A stretch of DNA of 64,000 nucleotides from Paraphysomonas bandaiensis (Eukaryota > Protista > Chrysophyceae): assembly GCA_965644295.1 (NCBI GenBank), contig CBFFRP010000272.1:1-64000 (forward strand), given 5' to 3'. The notes beneath the pieces were generated by a model. The model worked only from the letters and a program-made list of their open reading frames with translations. It had not been told where the DNA came from and made no database searches. This document shows, one piece after another, positions 23,334 to 36,177 of this stretch. The translations under genes were made by a program, and so were the position numbers. Position 1 is the first letter of the stretch; each line of letters starts with the position of its first letter.

Positions 23334-23909
23334 TATCCTGCTCCCCCTATAAAATGGAGGGCTCGGCATGCTTCGAAATAGAGGACTCAGACACCACAAC
23401 GCAGACACGGCACCAGTAACACCGGTCACGACACCGACACACTTACAACAACGCCAGTCCCAGGATACTCACCCGACACCAAAAGTACTCCAGCTGCTCC
23501 AGGCGACATCCACCCCAAGAATTATACCCTCTGCAAGAGTCCGAACCCGACAGAGGCAACCGTAACCACTCCGGAAACAACTCATCCTTACTTGTGGCCG
23601 AAACCCCACTTCGACAACCAGCACCATCTCCACTACCGACTTACACTCTCATATACATTTCGCCCCATTCACTCCTCACATAATCCATGGCACAGGCTCG
23701 CCAGACACATTTCCCAAAGGTAGACCCCCCCGACTAACCTCAATACAAGGGACGGTTGCACCATGGTGCTTGCAGCGATGCACAAGCAGTCCCGAGACGG
23801 TTACCCACCACTAGTAGTATATTGCAAGTCCAGTTATTAGTTAGTCTATAGATGTATAATTAGTTTCTGTGCACAACCGTTCTCATGTAATAATCAGACT
23901 TTCTCTCTA
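23334..23909 (+). mobile_element. 5'-truncated family A LINE fragment with 10-bp TSD
   Basis: Matches the 3' ~560 bp of the long copy. ttggctaaaa at 23324-23333 and 23910-23919. Confidence 0.88.
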
Positions 23910-24144
23910 TTGGCTAAAAGACAGGAAAAGAGCCGATTCCGACGCTTCTCCACAGTAGATAAAAACCTTTTGCAAGACCGTCATCCACATACCTCCGAGT
24001 CACTTGTTGGCACAATGCCTATAAGGGAAGGCCACCAGATTGCCAACAAGCTCTGAAGGGTATATTGCTGCTTCCTTTGGTGTCTGCCGTGAGACACATT
24101 AGGCAGTCCCGGCTGCAAATTACACAAAATATATATGTAGTCTT

Positions 24145-24198
24145 CGCTATATCGGAACGAGTTTTTAACGCCTATTGCTAAATAAAAAGACATTCAAT
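24145..24198 (+). mobile_element. 54-bp family B tail insertion with 16-bp TSD
   Basis: taacgcctattgctaaataaaaagacattca flanked by atatatatgtagtctt at 24129-24144 and 24199-24214. Confidence 0.7.
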
Positions 24199-24320
24199 AT
24201 ATATATGTAGTCTTAAGCGCTCCAATGTGGTAGTAGTAGAATAAGCTCACTGCTTTCACTTGTCATACTGTACGTTGTTCAACGTCGTCCCCTACATACA
24301 CATCTATGAATATGAATATA

Positions 24321-24567
24321 GCGAGAATGGTTGCACCTTGGTGGTTGCGATGCACAAGCAGTTCACGTAGCGATAAATAGTAGGACATCAGAGTTTGCAC
24401 TAGTTAGTTAAATTGTTTTGCTGTCAAACATGCCTGTTGCGAACAATCAGATATTCGCAACAGCGCACAAGCAGCTTTCGTAGCGATAAATAGCAGTACA
24501 TCAGAGTTAAGCACTGACTCTTAAACGCCTATTGCTAATAATAAGACATTCACTACTACTAACTACT
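24321..24567 (+). mobile_element. two tandem family B 3' ends
   Basis: Full motif at 24321-24368 and partial motif gcacaagcagctttcg at ~24465, each followed by tagcgataaatag..catcagagtt. Final tail aataagacattcactactact. Confidence 0.7.
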
Positions 24568-25048
24568 AGCCAACCATTTTTTGCTACATCCGATAAAAAT
24601 AGTATAAGAAAAGCTAGATTGTAACTCAATCAAGTGCTACGATGTTTCATTGCTACGCTGATCACCTACTGCTTCATTTCGAAGACACACTCTACGAAAT
24701 TTTTAGCTATTTGTCTCTGCTTAGTCACCAACATTTCTACTCTTATAACTAACCCAGTTTCAGTTCTTTCATTTTGCTTAGCGAATATCGTCTAAACCAA
24801 CGAAACGTAAATGACTATACGTTGAAATTTAAGGTGTCTACACAGACAAAACTAAAATTTCAAAAAAGAACTGTCAAACTTGACAGTATCTAATAATTTA
24901 GATTCCTATCAATCAAGAACTGCAAATATCGTACAACGCCATATAACTCTTCTATTGGATATAATCATGCAGTGATTCTACCCTTCGGCATGATGCATGC
25001 GTATATCAAAATAGTCTTCATTTACATTCCACAATGAACCCTAAAGAA

Positions 25049-27391
25049 CTAGGTGAAGGCCAACAAGTCTGACACATTAATATTATCCACTAATACCCCC
25101 GACATTACAGTGCCCATTCCCTCCGGTGGTGGGAGATCTCTTGCCAGTCTAAATATACGTAAGGCCTCTACTCTATTGAATGGCAGACCAGTAAGGTCTC
25201 TCTTGTATCTCATTAAGGGACATAGGTCCACACCTCCAAGGTCCCAAATGCAGCATCCACGATCTCGCAAGAACCGACATAACACTAGCGCCAGTATGAA
25301 CCCGGGCTGCATAGTTTTGTACATCTCACTGCGACTGAAAAAACGAGTGGCCACGTATACACTTCGTCCCCCAGCGGTAGGATGGCTGAAATCCGCAGCA
25401 ATCAACTCTTCACCGTACCACAGCTCAAACACCATCAGCATTGGCGGCGATGTTGCTGCCATGCGCCTCCATACTTGTTCCAGCTCATAACCCACCCAAC
25501 AATCTGTGCCGTGGTGCTGGCGAAGCATCGCCAGTGACTGGTCCATGTCAGTGTTCAGGCGCAGGGACAGGACTTTCTTTATTTTATTTCGAAATAAGCG
25601 AGGCATATCTCTGATTCGCTTCTTCAGTACTCCCGGTAGTCGAGGAGTATATGTTGGTTTACTTGACTGCGCATTACTATCTAGATGAAGAGAAGAAAGC
25701 AAAAGCATGGACCGTGTGCACGGAAGAAGTCCCACCAGCTTTGAAGATTGAGAGACTACGTAAGAAAAACCGGCATTGAGTAAGCTCGTTATAACAGCAC
25801 AAGTAGTAGTGAGGTTAACTGAGCGATCCAGTGGATATCCCATCAAGTTATTTATGTTAACGACATCCATTACGAGGGTCTCTGCTTGCTTTTGAACAAA
25901 TTCATCCAACTGTAGAGGAGATACCACTGTATCCAGTGTAACTACAGGCATGTAACTTACCCTAGCAGTATTTGTAACAAGACTATTATTTTGAAGTAAC
26001 GCGCTCAATTGAGAAGGCTTAAGACTTTGAATAACATCAACCTCTGTTGGAGAGAGAGTCTCCCCAGCCTCCATGACTGCATTTGTCAAATTATCATCAA
26101 ATGGCCACAAGTGCTTCGCAGAATATTTTTCACAATTGAATAATGAGATCTGGCCCAACCACTTAGCACGTCTCTCAAATGTTGCAAGAAAAGATTTGAT
26201 CTTATTAATCTCTTCGTCATTACTTGCTGTAATATCTTCACACGAAGCCAAATACTGCTGGGCCGATAGAATCTGTGGAACTAAGTAAATAAAAAAGAAC
26301 AGATATAACCAAGACACCAGCACGGGGTCTGCGATACATTATGGTGCAAATAATATTTCTATAAAATAACGCAGCATGCATACCAATTTATTAATTTCTG
26401 TAAGTAGAGGGCCATGAGGTGACGTCTGCAGTTTCGCCTGAATGAAGTTATGTATTGCGCTCGTGAAAGTGCGCGGTATACTCATTATGCCGGCTGCGAT
26501 ACCAGAGCTAATTTCCAGAAATTGTGACAAAGTCTGGTGGAGGCGACCAACCGCATAAGCAGAATGAGTACATAGTGCTGCTTTAAGATCCTCTTGTACA
26601 ATGTATAACATGTCCTCCATATCTTTCCCCCCCTCGTACACTGCAGACAACATTCGCTTCCAGGTTCCTACTAGAGCTACGAGATCATCGTCAACTGCAA
26701 CTAGAAGTTCCAATAAGCTGCCCTCCAGATCAGAACTCCAGACGCCTTCCCAGCCCCAACACACCCTATCGAGCACTGCATCAAGCGCCATGCAGTAGGA
26801 AAATACAGGAGAGGATGCAAACATAGTTTTCGTGCACGATTCCAACACAGCATGCTGGTCACCACGCATACGAGTATACACGGAAATATTATGAAATCCA
26901 AATGTAAGACCCGGATATATAGCCCTTTTGCTGCTAGTATCATCACATTTCACATTGCATACTAATTGTCCATTGAAACACTCTTCCTGTGAGCAATTTG
27001 TGGGTTCTTGGTCAGCAAATATGATTGTTTCGCCCCGACAGACTTTAGATGGAATAACATCTTCTGTCAGAGTATCCCCCACAGATATAACTGTACAACG
27101 AGGCTTTGAATCACTGAGAGACAATAATTCTTCTATAAGTGGACAAACAATCAGTCCACCATTACTTTCAACTAATGAATCAATGAGATCTAATGGTTGA
27201 TTACAAACACAGCAGAGATCATATAAATCATCAATATTTTGATAAGATGCCACTATAGAAAGAAGAATAGCTTGAAGCTCATCGTCCTCAGCATCTGTCG
27301 CATACTCAATACCGAATTTGTCTAAATATATAGTTGTTTGTTGGCGTGTAAGTGATAACACACTCTCAATATTCATCATGCGTTCACTCAT
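25049..27391 (-). CDS. large protein with C-terminal Leu/Phe-tRNA-protein transferase (Aat/ATEL1-like, GNAT fold) domain, 2 exons
   Basis: ORFs join in frame via intron 26273-26383. LRLNTDMD..HHGTDCWV, FELWYGEELIAA, YVATRFF and GFILALVLCRFLRDRGCCIWDLGG parallel L/F-transferase motifs. Confidence 0.6.
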
Positions 27392-29557
27392 ATGATAATG
27401 TCTAATAGTAGAGTAGAGTTACCTCCATATGATCACTTGAGTTGAGTATCCCACTGCAGTCAATATACATACATATATATACATACTCATGTGGGACTAT
27501 TCCATACTGCTACACTTCACTACAAACGTCACTTCACTTCAGACTGTGTATGGTCTCATCTCTCATACTTCTGTGAAGAAACTAAAAAATGGCAATTTTA
27601 AAGAAACTTACATAGATTTTTCAGTAAATACTGGAGTATTTATACTCTAATCAATATAAGTATACAAAAGTTCAGTATACAGCACTACGACAATAGTATA
27701 TACTGCTGTGTGCGACAAGGACTTGATGATACATGATGCTGTAGATATGAAGATCTTCTGTGAAGACAAGTATGAGATCGATAGTTTGCACAAGTTTAAA
27801 TCATATTGAATATGCACAGCATTAAGTATATACACAAGTACATATGTTCTTCGTGTATATATGTATTGTAGAGTTCTGATAGACTACCCGTGATTCCTCA
27901 ACATTTCATACAGTGTATCATGTGGCAGCTGGTTGACAATAAGTCCCAAGGCATTGAGCAAGATCCTTGCTGGATTTGTAATATAAACTAGCCAGAACAC
28001 AATGTTGAGAACCCCACTAAGGTAGTGATAAGCCAGCATTGTTAAAGTTAGTAGTGTATATTTCCGTATCAGCGTACTACTCCCAGATTGGCGTTCAGCA
28101 AAAACTGCTAACGGCTTACACGGATTGACTGTCCTATCATCTTTACACACAGATCATACCATTTACACTCTCTCCGTTACGCTTCCTGAACCATTATGTT
28201 CTTTCTATAATAACTCATGACTATAATCTAAACTACAACCACAGTGCACACAGCTAAAACAAGAAACATACTGGCTTTACTTTAAGCTATTACAAAAGTT
28301 ACTTAATTATCACTATAATATAATATAGAATATAGGATCTTGAAGTTACAAATATACAAGATATACAAGTACTACGTACATTTATATATAACTTTTAACT
28401 TTTACATATATAATATATACTACAGCCCATATCTGCATATAATTACACTTGTGTCAACTCACCGTCACACGTGCTTACTTTATATACAACATTCATGTAC
28501 TTCTCAACGACAATTTAATGATTTGAAAAGCAGATAGGTTCCTTTGCCACTGTCAAACATTTTTTATCAGTAACACTAGTTATAACCGACTTACATTTAT
28601 AGTCCGTACATACTATTACATATACGTTAACTTTATGGAACATATTCGCTTTCAAAAGCATCAACTTGTCCGGACTGTACTTTTTTCTATAGAATTCGAT
28701 TTATTCTCTTCAATCTGACTTTGTATTGTGTGTACGTGTGTACCGTATAATGTTGTATTGATATAGATATAAATCTTTATTTTGTCTATACCTTTATTTT
28801 GTGTATACAATTTCCTGGTGATTTCTTAACTTAAAGTCGAAACTGAGAGTTCATGTTTTGACATGTGAAATAAAACACATACACATGCATGCGTTTGCTG
28901 CAAATTAACGACAAATCTTGAGCATATATAAATTTCACCTAATCTTATAGTACATTACAGTACACCATCTAGGTCTCATTATTGCTTGCGCATGTAACAG
29001 AAAAGCAATAACTGTACCCCAATGAATGAACTGATTATTACTCAACAGCCCAATAGTACTCCAGCTACACACTCTACTACTCTAGTCTCTAGTACCACTA
29101 CTTATTACCTGACACTAGCCCGGAGTCTCTGGAGCTTAAAGCCATTTCTGATGCAATTCTCTATTTACCACGACTGAGAGCATTGCTCAGTAAGTCGAGC
29201 ATATCCACTACCTCACCTGCATGGTCTTCTTTTTCCATTTCAAACACGGTTTCATGCTGTAAATCAGCACATGAATCAACGACCTACTCGGACTGAACTT
29301 TCACTGCGCATTTCAAATGCTTTTCTCCCCTCCAATACTAATAGGCATTCTGCTTGCTTGCGTCATCTTCAATAACCTCGAGACATACACTCTCCGCTTT
29401 TCTACAGGTCACGGGAACCCACTTTTCACGCTCATTTTGTCGATAATGAGGCATAAACCTTCACAATAGCTCTCCCGCATAGTGATGAAGCTTGCAATAC
29501 GAACTCACAGTTAATAATGGCACGATTCACAGTGTATTCGCTCTCTCAAATTCCTTC

Positions 29558-29719
29558 TGTGGGAATAAGTCGATCCAGCAGAATATGTCGATCCAGCAAA
29601 AAAATCGACCTTTTTTCGTTATTTCTCTGAAATATATTCGTCAAAAAACAACATGCATCAAAAAAGCCTGGATTTTTTTGCTGGATCGACATATTCTGCT
29701 GGATCGACTTATTCCCACA
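29558..29719. mobile_element. 162-bp MITE-like foldback with 49-bp perfect terminal inverted repeats
   Basis: tgtgggaataagtcgatccagcagaatatgtcgatccagcaaaaaaatc and its exact reverse complement. Each arm has two gtcgatccagca repeats; no clear TSD. Confidence 0.75.
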
Positions 29720-29729
29720 CACAGAATTG

Positions 29730-30480
29730 TTGCCTTATTGGAATTCCAAGACATCACAATCTAAGTGCGTGGCATTCGCTACTATCTAATTGAAGTTGCG
29801 GTTTCTGCAGCACGACATCAAGATTTCAGCTGGATGATGGTATCTTGTTCCCTCAAACCATCCCTATCTGCTCCTTGGAGTTCCAAAACGCTGTTCACAT
29901 ACCAGTGCCTGCCCATACTTCAATGTTCTGTTCGACGTCACACTTTAGTCAGCCGCATTTGCGATTACTACACAATCACAACTTCACTGCAATCAAGTCA
30001 GAGTTATCATCACGACTAAGATTCGTGTCCTCACAGTGAGTGTTGCCTGGAGTGACACTTCTTTATTGGCATGCTCCATGACAAGACGATGAAAAACGAC
30101 GCTTTTGTTCTCGTTAGCGCGAAGGGCATCCCAGTAGAGCTCATAGAACTCCCATCCATACACTCGTATCCAGAATATACTCCAGAGCGCAAGTAAAATT
30201 CCCTTGCCTGACAATCCTGGAGTTTTACTTGCGCTCTGGAGCTTGAGGAAGATTTTACTCCCTTGCCTGCAGAGTGTTCGATCATGGAAGACCGCAGTCC
30301 TGATCCCTTCTATCAGACATTGCATGCTCTTACTTGTCCAGATACACTGGATGAAATGATTCGTTACTAATATTCGCCGCAAGAGAATGGATACTTTAAA
30401 CGAGCAGCAGCATGTGGCAGCTCGAACAGCCGAACTGGAGACATGACCAGCTCACTGAAACCAATTCATTTCCGTCGGCT
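29730..30480 (-). pseudogene. possible decayed hAT-type transposase
   Basis: Broken frames give VVIANAAD and RMPRT*IVMSWNS, resembling hAT VTDNAAN and TRWNS. Many stops. Confidence 0.3.
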
Positions 30481-31100
30481 GACTTAACACTTCTTCCTGC
30501 ATCGTTTGTTTCTACTTATTTAGTAATATTTTTTGCTATCTGTTCCTTAGTCTTAGTTTGTTTCATTTTTACCAATAACTAACATTCGATACAACGTAAC
30601 TTTTACTTACATAACCTTTCGACACTTAGTAACACTTACTTCTATTCACACTTAGTAACAACTTAGTAACACTATATAGATATATCACATACGCACAGTC
30701 ATTGGCTAATTGTCTAGTCCTGACTGACTATAGCTACTTGTTTGATTGTAATGTTCCAATAGTTACCACTTATTGGTGTACATTATTAAGTTTCCGCAAA
30801 TGCACAAAAGATATGAAGCCAGTAAAATGGATAGTTTCAAATATAATTATAATTATTAGCATTCTTTCGTCTGCATGTTATGGCAGTATATATATTTACA
30901 TATAACATCGTAGGTAATATTGAATATTCTCAACCTACACATCAGCGAACGTCTCCAAAAAAAAGTCTAAAGCGCTTTCAAGCTCTTCGTCAACTTCATG
31001 GGATGGGAGAGGCATCTGCTTGGTATGTGAGCAAGGGATTAAGTGACAACTGTTAGAATCCTCGGCAGTGAAGATATTATGGTGGGGTCAGGCCCCTTAA

Positions 31101-31484
31101 TTAATAGAACTTTGCATGTTCTAAGGAACAGTACACTTGGCTCGCATCCAGCATAGCACTTCCATTACATGTATTGGGCGAATGAGCGAGAAGGGACTGA
31201 AGTCTTTGATTTTCGCGTTCCAACTCGGCTACCCGAAATTTATAAAACTCCAACTCAGCTTTGCTATTCAGCCTACTAAGAGCTGCAGACCTACGATTAC
31301 GTAGCTTTCTGGACTCTCTTTTCGAGAGTGCACTATCAGAGGAGGAGGAAGATGTGTCTGAAAATGTTGGTGACGGGGGACATACAAGGACGGGTGCGGA
31401 GCGCTTTCCAGCTCTTGAAGCTTTGAGCTTAACCACCCGGGCACGTCGCCGTTCAGCAGCAAGATAAGAAGAAGTGCACACCAT
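31101..31484 (-). CDS. bZIP transcription factor
   Basis: Basic region RKLRNRRSAALSR followed by heptad zipper ELEFYKFRVAELERENQRLQSLL. Confidence 0.85.
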   Translation of the reverse strand: MVCTSSYLAAERRRARVVKLKASRAGKRSAPVLVCPPSPTFSDTSSSSSDSALSKRESRKLRNRRSAALSRLNSKAELEFYKFRVAELERENQRLQSLLAHSPNTCNGSAMLDASQVYCSLEHAKFY

Positions 31485-31964
31485 ACAGTTACATTAATAT
31501 GATGATGTTATGTACCTGAAGATGATATTTATGATATTGGAGTGGAGTCGTCAACAAGTGCCACCTGTCGAAAAGTTATGTTGAGGAAATTTCTTCTGAT
31601 TCTTCCACGTGTCAAATCCTGTGCACAACGGACCGTATCTTGAATAGTTTCAATAGTTTTCAGTCGCAAGAGTTAATTTATATCTGCAATAATACACTGC
31701 GGTATACCCATGTATACACTAGTGTTATTATTCAAATATTCAAAAATCTAACAGCATCTATATACTACTGTATATACTTATATACGTTGTATTTGTATCT
31801 CTATACAAGTCAATCCCTCTGTGTGAGTGTCCTGCTATACGTGCTGTACTGTACATCTGTGTATACATAGATGTGGAGGGTCGTTTGTTTGGCCATGATG
31901 ACAGCAACATCCCACAGCTATAAACTCGATAGAATAGTGGAGACCAATACCGTAACAGGTGCAG

Positions 31965-34900
31965 ATGCTTGTTGCAGTCGCTTTAAGACTGCTTGGGTGT
32001 AACGAGATCTCTGATCCGCAGGTGAGTGTGTTCATATGCATATATATGTGTATATGTAGAGAGACTGCTGCAAAGGAGTATATTAATGTTGTTATCAGGA
32101 TATCTTCTTAGCTCTAGACTCCATTTCACATTTTTATGGTAAAAATGGCGGGAAATCAACCAAGCAGACGATATCATTACTGAGTGAAGTACGAAGCACA
32201 CTCAATCGAGTGCCTTCATTGCGGAATCGATCCGCTCGAAATGGTTCAACACCACAACACGATAAGAAACCCATGCACTTTGTTTTGAATGATATTGTGT
32301 GGTGTCAGCACGGTGGATGGGGATTTTGGCCTGGCAAGATATGCTCTTTCACGGATGATGGTTTTCTAGTCGAGTTTGCAAAGGGCCAGCGTACTGCCGT
32401 GCACCAAAATGAGGTATCCAGGCGCGTACGGTCATTCATTCACGACTTTGAGGAACTTACAAAGGTCTCCACGGTCAATATGGAAGGGTTTGAAGATACT
32501 GTGAACAGAGCGTTAAGGTATCTTGCTTCAGGTCCACTACCGGCTGCTGTCGCTAAGGATATTACGTCGGGAGGTAACTCAGAGAGGTTTGCTCTGAAGG
32601 CTCGCCGAATCGCGGCTGCATTTCAGGTGAGATATATTATCTAGTACTATTACGGTATTGTTTTGTTTTACTTTAATTGTATTCGTTATCGAATAAGTAT
32701 ATGTATTATGCGATGGCTCTGTGAGTGGTAAGAGGATTGTAGCTTGTATATACAAGTTCATACATTACGAGCGTGCGTACAATTGACATCTGCTCTGTTT
32801 TTACGGGTTGTATCTGTATGCATACACTTCTATTATGTGGAAAGTATGCCACATCCGTGCCTTTATTATATTTTGTATTTACGAAATGTCGTTTGCTGTA
32901 GCGCTACTTGGATAGTCTTCACCGAATGCCTATGTTCGTCAACCCTCAACAGTTGCTGGAGAAGCGTCTTCGCCAAGAGGCCCGAGCAATTGAGCAGGCT
33001 GCTCGAGAGGCTGAAGCAGAGGAACGAAAACGCCGACGAGAGGAGAAAAAACTTGAGCAAGAACGGATTAAAGCTGAGAAGGAGGCGGAGAGACAGGAGA
33101 AACGCCGTCTGCGATTTGAAGCGGACAAGGAAGAAAAGAGACGAATGAAGCAAGAAGCTGCTGAGGCAGCGGCCCGACTTCGTGTACCCTCTGTTCAGGA
33201 GATGGTACACAATCTGGAAACTTCGGAGCCCCTACCTGAAGCTAGAACGGCAAAGAGAACAAGTCGCCACTCATCTGCTGCTGGGGCACATAGTAACTCT
33301 GATTCTAATGAGTCTGCTGCTGATACCCTATTTGTGCGGCTAAAACGATTCAAAGAACTTTCCGACGCTATGTCAACTGGCTGTCTACATGATGTACTAG
33401 AGGATATGGAGCGAGACGGAATGCAGAAAAAAAAGCGACCTCGTGTAAGTAAGCCAGAAGTATCTTCTAAGAGTCCAACTGTGGCACAGTTGCATCTTCC
33501 TATCTACGAAGCCTTGTGTATGGGCGAACCTGTGGATGATGCTTGTATTATATTTGCACTTGAACAAAATCTCTCCCTTCATATAATTCGTATGCTGTTA
33601 TCTCGGTATTGTCCTCTGGATTTGTACCGAAATAAGAAGGGGAAGACCATGATACATATCGCAGCAGAGTTAAATCGCCACAAGGCAATACCCTTTTTAA
33701 TAGAACACTGGAACAAACGACAAGAGACACTAAAGCTTCTTATACGAACTCTTGATATTACAACTGTGAAGGACTATCACAAGAGGTCCCCCGTGCATTC
33801 AGCATGTGAAACTGGCGCGTTTCGGGCTTTACAAGTACTTGACAAGCTGGGGTATAGCTTGGACGAAAAGGATATGTATGGATATACGCCGCTTTTGTGG
33901 TGCGCCAGTAAAGATTCTGCAGAGTGTGCTTTTTATCTTATCAAAAAGGGCGCTGACCCAAGTACTGAAGACAAGAAGGGCCGATCAACGCTGTACTATG
34001 CTGTAGCAGCCGGATGTGTGCAGTTGGGTAAAACTCTACTTCGCAATGGGTGTTGGATGCGGGGGACTGCCCTACAAGAGTTTGTCGCAGATATGTCTCT
34101 CGGCAGAGAGCCGCATAAAATCATATTTGACTCCAGAAGTATCGATGAATGCCGAGATTACTATCTAAATTCTTCTGAATCATCGACTACATCGAGTCAG
34201 GGATCTGAAGACGAAATTGACATATGCTCACGCAATGGGACGAATCAGGGTACATCGAAGACGAGAAAGCAAAGTTCAGCCGCATTGCTGAATGGAGCAG
34301 GCAATAGGTTGAATAACACTAGCCGGAACCAATATAAGAAAGGGAAGGGTCCATCATCATATGAAGAGGAAAATAATTCGGATTCTGTATACACTGATTC
34401 TGTTGTCTCCATTGATGTTGAGACTGAGAATTCTGGCAGCAGCGGAATTCGCAGGTCTACTCGAAAGAGAATTCCCGTATATGCTAATTATACACAAGAA
34501 CTGCGCGAGATGAGTAGAAGAAGGAGCGGGAAATCGGCCTTGCCGTCCGCTTTCCCCAAAGAATGTAGTAATGGCAGGAACAATGGGTGCACTGTCAAGA
34601 ATGATAGGAAGAGTTCAACTGGTGCTTCTAATTCTAGAGATAGTTCCGCACGTGGACGCCCAAAAGGAACTAATCGAGGAGACAGCATACCCGACAACTC
34701 TAGCGATAGTGATTATGATAGCAGCGATACCGATTCTCCGAGTAAGGTGAAACAAGTTAAGGCTGGGCGATATAGCAATCGTGTGGTTGCTCTTTCCACG
34801 GTAGTTAGTGAGAGTATACTGGAGGTGGAGTCTGATAAATGGGAGATATGGTAATGTTCATTAAGTCGATTCTGTGTTTAGTGATGCCTTGTGTCTGTAG

Positions 34901-35835
34901 CGATCACATGGTAGATGTGTGCAAGACAACACCCGAGGTTATCCCTAAGTTTGTCTACGCCACAGAGTCGTACCTGGGCACACCTGCAGAACTTCTTCAA
35001 GAAGCTCCAGCATACGGATCATATCTTTGTTGCTCCTGCGAAGGAGACTGTGCAAGCAACCCCAATTGCCAGTGCATTATGAGGTGAACTCAGCTATTCT
35101 ATCATGTGGATTGTTGTTAGTCAACCTGTAATTGTGTAACTTTTTTGTAGGAATGGCCAACGAAGTCCTTATTCTGACGGCAGGATTGATTTTAGCAAAG
35201 GAAAAATATTTGAGTGTGGTCCACAATGTTCTTGCCAAGCGTCGTGTTCACTGCGGCTGACTCAGAAGGGCGTTACGGCCCCTCTGGTTGTGTGCAGAAC
35301 AGGACCTAAAGGGTTCGGTGTGATGACAATGAAGGCAAGGGTGATAGTGTTATTGTGAGTTGTCTAATGGGGCAGTTGTGTAGGTGATATTGAAAGGATC
35401 ATTTGTGTGTGTATATGTAGGCGAGCGTGTAACTGAAGATGCTCTTGTTCAACAAGAGAACGAAAAAATGCGAAACCTTAAAAGTCATAGCGGCTTTGTT
35501 ACTTATGCTTTTCAAATTCACGACGGTTCTGAGCGTTTCAACCTTGACTCTGAGTATGTATTGTATTCGACTTAGCGTGTATATGTTTGATATAATACCT
35601 TTGTAGATACATTGGGAATGTTGCTCGTTTTTTCAACCATAGTTGCAATCCAAACCTACGCCCTATTAAGGTTGTTGGTGCCTCTTCAGCGAAATCCGTA
35701 CCGACAATGTGTTTCTTTGCTCTGAGGCGCATTGAACCGGGTGAAGAACTTACGTGGAAGTATGTAAGTGGAATTAAGGCGAAGAGTGGTCAAATATGTC
35801 ATTGTGATGCCGAGAACTGCGTTGGTTACGTGTAG
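31965..35835 (+). CDS. PWWP + ankyrin repeats + pre-SET/SET/post-SET histone methyltransferase (SUV39/EHMT-like), multi-exon
   Basis: PWWP-like DIVWCQHGGWGFWPGKI; ankyrins GKTMIHIAA, SPVHSAC, GYTPLLW; pre-SET CCSCEGDC..C.C and IFECGPQCSC; SET KGFGV, NVARFFNHSCNPN, ELTWKY; post-SET CHCDAENC. Start exon (ATG 31965) inferred. Confidence 0.85.
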
Positions 35836-36177
35836 ATGATGTAGTCAGTATCTCACACGACCTGTATGTTTACTTATGCATTGTAAATGGAGTAATTCAA
35901 TGTTTTGCGAATTCTATTTGTACATAATACTAGTATATCAAGCAGCGTTCTATGTGTGAAATAATAAGACTTTCAATATATGTTGGGACTTATTGCACTG
36001 TAAGTAATGCCTCGATAGTACACATTACAATCTGTCAACATTGCAACTTATCAAGCGGACTTGGAGCACTGCTTTTCTATTCTAATATTATATTAATTAC
36101 GCAATGATATATATCGTAAAGAAGTATGACATACAGCATCATATCACATTATTCAAGTATTACACTAGCCAAGTCCT

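Noticed and set aside
30620-30672. Three acttagtaac direct repeats
   Set aside because: Could be subterminal repeats of the decayed transposon, but no matching terminus was found.
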